Shown piece by piece: positions 59,499-64,000 of a DNA stretch of 64,000 nucleotides. How positions within the stretch are numbered: the stretch's first letter is position 1; each line of letters starts with the position of its first letter. Under the pieces are notes generated by a model. It was not told the DNA's origin and did not search any database. It was given only the letters and a program-made list of their open reading frames with translations. The stretch is from an uncultured delta proteobacterium (lineage in GTDB: Bacteria; Myxococcota_A; Polyangia; Fen-1088): NCBI GenBank assembly GCA_963796685.1, contig CAWCMR010000011.1, positions 1 to 64,000 of the forward strand. The letters are read 5' to 3'. Position numbers and translations under genes: made by a program.

Positions 59499-61229
59499 CT
59501 AGAAAGGTATCGTGCTTGTCTGCCATCCGTTTTCTTGGATCGCCTTCTCGACGTACGGATTGGCGATGAGATACAGGGCCAGGAGCTTGGTTTCGCGATC
59601 GAGCGGGATCTCGATAACCCGGGCCCCGAGCGGCAGGTCGGCAGGTCGAGCATCGATGAGCCGAAACCGGCGCAGGTCCAGCGGTTGCGCCAGGTCTGGC
59701 TTCCAGGACGCAGGCACCACCCAAGGATGACCCACGACCAGGTTCACCCCGCGGCGAAGCAGGTGGCGAAAAGACGCCGTCCGCTCGTGACCAGGTTGGG
59801 TCTTGAACGGTATCCCCTCGCGCGCGATCACAGGATCGCTCAACCCAAACATGTCGACGGTTCGCAGCCTGGAGAGATAAGGGATGGCTCCGGCAGCGCA
59901 CACCGCGAGCGTCACCTCATCCGCGTGGCCGTGGAAGGCGTCGCCCAGGACCTCGCCGATCCGTTCCCATCGGTGCACGGTCAGGTGCTTGGTGAGCCCC
60001 TTGATCGACTCGATTCCCGCCACGTACTTGAAGGTCTTCTGGTGGTGCAGCGAGCCGGTCACCGACAGTGCGACGATCAGCCCGGCTGTGGCCCAGACCA
60101 ACGGGCGCTTCCGCAAGCAGCGGGCCGGCACCGTCACCGCGCAAATGGTCCAGAACGGCAGTAGCGGAACCATGAGTCGAAACTCCATGAAGTCTCCGCC
60201 GACCCCGATCACATAGGCAACCCAAAGCACGCAGGTTATCGCCAGCGGCAGGATTCCGCGCACGCGGATCAGTCGCGGTGACAGGACGAGGACGAGGAGA
60301 GCTGGCGGCAGCAACCAATACGACCTGACGAATTCGCGCGCGAACCGGCCACCTTGCGCGATGGTTGAGCTGACCGGACCGCCGGTCTTTGCGTCAAAGG
60401 TCAACGGGAACAAAGCACCGTAGTAGGCCAGTTTCCAGGCAAACCACGAGCCCAGGATGAGCAGCGCAGGCAGGAACAGCGCGAGCATCAGTCTCGGGCG
60501 AGCTGGCGTAGCATCAGCGCCACGATCCGAACGGAGCCATCGCCAGGCCAGTGCCCCGGCGGGGGCGATCAGCAGGACCGCAGAATCCAATCGGGTCAGT
60601 AGCGCCACCGTCGCGACCACGGAAAAACCTGCCAAATCCACCGCACGTAGTCGCTCGCGGTCGAGCGCAACCTGAGCAACGTAGGCGGCCAGCAGCGTGC
60701 TCGATGTCTGCAATGATGTCTCGAGTCCCCCCGTCCCGTAAACGCTGAAGGTGTAGTTGAGTCCCACCATGGCCATCGCCACCAGAGCCCAGAAGGAGGA
60801 CCTCAGCAGTCGTCGCGCGAGCCAATACGTGATCGCCAGGCTGGCGCAGTAGCAGACCAGGCCGCAAAGCTGCGACCAGAAGACGATCGGCACCCGAAGA
60901 CGCAGTCCCGCCGCCATCAGTAGCGTCCACAGGAAATTCGTATACCCTTCGACGCGCTCGCCGGGATTGAAGACGATCCCGCGACCTTCCACGAGATTGC
61001 GTGCGTAGCGGAAAGAGATGAACGCGTCGTCCAGGATGAAGCGTCGGCTCCATGCCAAGAACCCGAGCAGGGCGATCGCCGCCCAGGCGGCGAAGGCGGT
61101 GGAATCCCGGGCCCCCGGCCGCGACGAGTCGGGCGCCAGGCTGGTCGGAACGCCATCCCCGGTGGGAGCAGCCAGCGACTGTCCGTCACGAGGCCGGCCT
61201 GCAAACAGTCGCGAGAAGAAGCGCGGCAT
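59499..61229 (-). CDS. GT-C-type polytopic membrane glycosyltransferase
   Basis: DDAFISFRYARNL..G.G.VFNPGERVEGYTNFLW, GLET, TRLD, GGDFM, AGAIPY, DMFGL.D. Confidence 0.85.
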   Translation of the reverse strand: MPRFFSRLFAGRPRDGQSLAAPTGDGVPTSLAPDSSRPGARDSTAFAAWAAIALLGFLAWSRRFILDDAFISFRYARNLVEGRGIVFNPGERVEGYTNFLWTLLMAAGLRLRVPIVFWSQLCGLVCYCASLAITYWLARRLLRSSFWALVAMAMVGLNYTFSVYGTGGLETSLQTSSTLLAAYVAQVALDRERLRAVDLAGFSVVATVALLTRLDSAVLLIAPAGALAWRWLRSDRGADATPARPRLMLALFLPALLILGSWFAWKLAYYGALFPLTFDAKTGGPVSSTIAQGGRFAREFVRSYWLLPPALLVLVLSPRLIRVRGILPLAITCVLWVAYVIGVGGDFMEFRLMVPLLPFWTICAVTVPARCLRKRPLVWATAGLIVALSVTGSLHHQKTFKYVAGIESIKGLTKHLTVHRWERIGEVLGDAFHGHADEVTLAVCAAGAIPYLSRLRTVDMFGLSDPVIAREGIPFKTQPGHERTASFRHLLRRGVNLVVGHPWVVPASWKPDLAQPLDLRRFRLIDARPADLPLGARVIEIPLDRETKLLALYLIANPYVEKAIQENGWQTSTIPF

Positions 61230-61528
61230 GGAAGTAGAGCCCAAGATACCGGTTTCCGGACGCTCACGGAAGCTGACAGACAGGGTGCCATTTAGGAGAG
61301 GCGACGAGCAGCGACGGGGACGCGCTCCAGATGGCGTTTGGGAAGGGGGATGGGACCTTCGGGTGGCATGGAATCGGCGTGTGGGATATGTAGGCCAGGT
61401 GACATCCCGATATCGAACATCCGAAGTAGTCTTGCGTCTCCTGGAGGTCGCCATGCCCACATCGCTGTTGCTGCCCGTGGACAAAAGTTTGGGGAGGACG
61501 GGGGCCGAAGCGTACTGCGCGAGGGGTC

Positions 61529-62554
61529 GTGCTGTTCGTCCTCGTCGTTGGAGCGACCCTGGCCGGGATTGGCTGCAGCCAATCAGGTCTGCATGGTCGG
61601 GCGACGGACGCAACGGTGGGCGACGCGGTGTCAGGGGTGAGCCCTGGCGACGCGGGTGCTACTGACGGACTGCTGGTCATGGTGATTCCGCCTCCGAAAC
61701 CCTGTGTTTGCGGCGATGCCGTTCTTTGCCAGAGCCAAGCCTTTGGCCCGTACGAAGGGTGCGACGACGGCAATACCAAGAGCGGCGACGGGTGCGACAG
61801 CACATGTCACGTTGAACCGGGATGGGCCTGTCTTACCCTGGGACGGCCCTGCCAGCCAACCGCCACTGTCTACCAATGCGGGAATGGAATCCTGAGCCAC
61901 AATGAGGCCTGCGACGACGGCAATACGATGAGCGGCGACGGATGCTCCGGCGACTGCCTTACCATCGAAAGCGGTTGGCGCTGTCGCGTGCCTGGGCGTC
62001 CGTGTGTTCCTGTCTGTGGCGATGGCCTGCTCATCGGTGGCGAGGGCTGTGACGACGGCAATACCGTCAGCGGCGATGGCTGCGCGAGCATGTGCCAAGT
62101 CGAACCCGGCTTTGCTTGTCCTACGGTAGGTCTTCCATGCGTGTGGGCCTGTGGAGATCCGTTTCTCCACGCCGGAGCTTCGTGCGACGGGGGCAGCCAG
62201 CCCGTTTCCACATGCGGCGACGGCATCGCCACGCCCGACGAGGAATGCGACGACGGCAACGACCCGAGCAAGAGCCCGCACAACGACGATAGCGCGTACG
62301 GCGGCTGCACTACGGCTTGCACCTACGGCGCCTATTGCGGCGACGGGATCATCAACGGCCCGGAAGAGTGCGACGACGGTTCGGCCAATAACTGGGGCTA
62401 TGGCGAACCCGGCAGCTGCAGCTTCTCTTGCACCAAGTCCCACTACTGCGGCGACGGTATCGTCGATCCCGAGTACGGTGAGGATTGTGACATGGGCGAT
62501 TTGAACGGGCAAGCCGGGGAGATGTGTGACTATCAGTGCAATTACATAATCTAG
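61529..62554 (+). CDS. Myxococcus Cys-rich repeat (DUF4215-like) lipoprotein
   Basis: Repeated CG(D/N)G...E.CDDGN..SGDGC...C..E.G; true start may be the out-of-frame ATG at 61453. Confidence 0.88.
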   Translation: MLFVLVVGATLAGIGCSQSGLHGRATDATVGDAVSGVSPGDAGATDGLLVMVIPPPKPCVCGDAVLCQSQAFGPYEGCDDGNTKSGDGCDSTCHVEPGWACLTLGRPCQPTATVYQCGNGILSHNEACDDGNTMSGDGCSGDCLTIESGWRCRVPGRPCVPVCGDGLLIGGEGCDDGNTVSGDGCASMCQVEPGFACPTVGLPCVWACGDPFLHAGASCDGGSQPVSTCGDGIATPDEECDDGNDPSKSPHNDDSAYGGCTTACTYGAYCGDGIINGPEECDDGSANNWGYGEPGSCSFSCTKSHYCGDGIVDPEYGEDCDMGDLNGQAGEMCDYQCNYII

Positions 62555-62595
62555 GATCATCTACCATCCATACCTCCGGCGTGATTGTGTAGTAC

Positions 62596-63141
62596 GTGCC
62601 CAAATTTCCGTGGCCGACTGGTGGCGAACGCATCAGTGCAACCGAAAAACTGAACCTGCTCTCCATCACCGGCGGCGTGCCCAAGTACCTGGAGGAAGTC
62701 GATCCCGGGTTTTCATCGGAGGAGAACATTCGCCGCCTGTGCTTTCAGCGGGAGGGCATCCTGTTTCGCGAGTTCGAGCAAATCTGGAGCGATGTGTTCG
62801 GCAAGCGGGCGGCGGGCTACAAGACCATCGTCGCGGCGTTGGCGCATGGCAGCCGGACGGTTCAGGAGCTGAGCGTGGCCTTGGGCAAGGAGCGCAGCGG
62901 CCACCTGAGCGACTACCTCGCCGACTTGGTCCTCGGAGGTTTCCTCGCGAAGGACACGGTGTTCGAGCCGGCTAGTGGACGCGATACACGTCTGCAAAGA
63001 TTCCGGCTGCGCGACAACTACGCGCGTTTCTATCTCCGCACCATCGCGCCCCGCCGCGACCTCTTGCTACGCACCAAGCACTCGCTCTACGTCGTGGAGA
63101 TCAAGCACCGCAAGACAATCGATCTCCCAAGGCGACCGTGA
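62596..63141 (+). pseudogene. Internal fragment of an AAA ATPase (archaeal-ATPase/DUF234 type)
   Basis: TGGVPKYLE, DNYARFYLR, DLL...VVEIK; Walker A region absent, internal deletion. Confidence 0.7.
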
Positions 63142-63274
63142 CCACCTGCTTGCTAGCTGCTTTGCTGTCTATCTCGGACTGCGGTGGGATCGAGGAGGAT
63201 CAGACAGCGAAACCGTTCGAGGTCCCAACCGCGCGTTCGTCTGTGGTACGTGTGCTCGATCCGCAGGTGTCCAG

Positions 63275-63378
63275 GGACGATCGTGGCAAACCGTCCCTTC
63301 TTCTACTTTCTTCGAGACGAACCCACCGGCGCCATTCTCTTCATGGGTCGAGTCATGGATCCAACGTCAGGGGCCTAA
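63275..63378 (+). pseudogene. Serpin C-terminal remnant
   Basis: ANRPFFYFLRDEPTGAILFMGRVMDP serpin signature without an upstream body. Confidence 0.8.
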
Positions 63379-63786
63379 GTAGCTCTTGAACGATGGATGC
63401 AGATGTGGCTCGGCTCGGAAACCATGGCCCTCGAGGTTCTTCGGGTCAGTGCGAAACGCCGCGCGATCGAAAGAGCCGGGAGGGACAACTCGTTCGTACC
63501 GCGCCTGGGTGGCGAAGGGGGTAAGCGTGTCCAAGTCCGAGAATTGCCCAGGAAGAGGGCCGCAGGTTGCGGTCAATGCCTGGAAAAGGGTGTCGATGTC
63601 ATGCGTGAAGGGGTACTTGACGTTTTTCCGGATCAGCAGAGCCTTGGCGGCCTTCTCGACAGCTTGCTGGAGGTGGAGGCCGACGGTCTCGTCGTCCATG
63701 GCTGGCTTGGCCCCGGCCAGCACGACCGCGGCATTGAGATCGCCTTGCGCCTTCCTTCGCAAGATCTCGGCCACCGCCTTAGACAA
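63367..63786 (-). CDS. HEPN domain protein; C-terminus possibly truncated or fused
   Basis: HLQQAVEKAAKA, PFTHDI, LTPFATQARY; TTG start overlaps the MNT stop. Confidence 0.85.
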   Translation of the reverse strand: MSKAVAEILRRKAQGDLNAAVVLAGAKPAMDDETVGLHLQQAVEKAAKALLIRKNVKYPFTHDIDTLFQALTATCGPLPGQFSDLDTLTPFATQARYERVVPPGSFDRAAFRTDPKNLEGHGFRAEPHLHPSFKSYLGP

Positions 63787-64000
63787 GGCGAACGCCTTTC
63801 CTCGAAACTTCGTGCTGAATCGTTCCGTACTCGTTCTTCCAGCGGGCGAACGAAGCTTCATCCTCGACGACGAGGTCGAGACTTTTCCCGAAGCGCATGA
63901 GGCGGCGTAGCTCCGCCGTTTCCTTCAGCCAGTTGGCGACCGGCTTCCTTTTGATCACCAGGATGTCGATGTCGGAATCCGGCGTCGCCTCACCGCGAGC
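63779..64000 (-). CDS. Minimal nucleotidyltransferase (MNT), partial at window edge
   Basis: ARGEATPDSDIDILVI...LDLVV...GVRLV; upstream of HEPN. Confidence 0.85.
   Translation of the reverse strand, partial: ARGEATPDSDIDILVIKRKPVANWLKETAELRRLMRFGKSLDLVVEDEASFARWKNEYGTIQHEVSRKGVRLV

Overview
GC-rich bacterial DNA with Myxococcota/Polyangia-style genes (Gly/Cys-rich lipoproteins, PEGA/TPR and myxococcal Cys-rich repeat proteins); the taxon is inferred from gene content only. 1-12.5 kb is a mobile-element pile-up. It starts with a complete group II intron (2-2076). Next comes an IS91/ISCR-like element whose transposase is split by a RIT (recombinase-in-trio) element, whose third recombinase is itself split by a second, intact RIT element. 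These are flanked by 3' gene stumps (AbiEi, [FeFe]-hydrogenase, GH8-like) and an orphan second oriIS-like end. Both RITs share one end architecture: 27-bp perfect IRs, an internal arm site, a 20-bp palindrome and three 6-bp cores. Both sit in conserved motif codons of another mobile-element enzyme. Their cores differ from the targets only at wobble positions, and the outer RIT carries a subterminal segment resembling its own target junction. This is the best candidate for an element-encoded (programmable) targeting system. 12.6-48 kb is mostly ordinary: oxidoreductases, a porin/PEGA/TauE operon, tsaC, mtnP-mtnA, pgpA, a sugar-nucleotide/GT2/YfhO glycosylation cluster, mazG, phoH-HD-GYP-ybeY and ClC. 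48.5-50.25 kb is a 4x ~435-bp tandem array with mosaic variation confined to a lipoprotein C-terminus. The remainder holds GH43, CE8, LOG, vapBC, GT-C, Cys-rich proteins, gene fragments and an MNT-HEPN pair. Many single-base frameshifts suggest consensus errors, so pseudogene calls need read-level checking. All calls were made by eye from motifs; no database searches were run.
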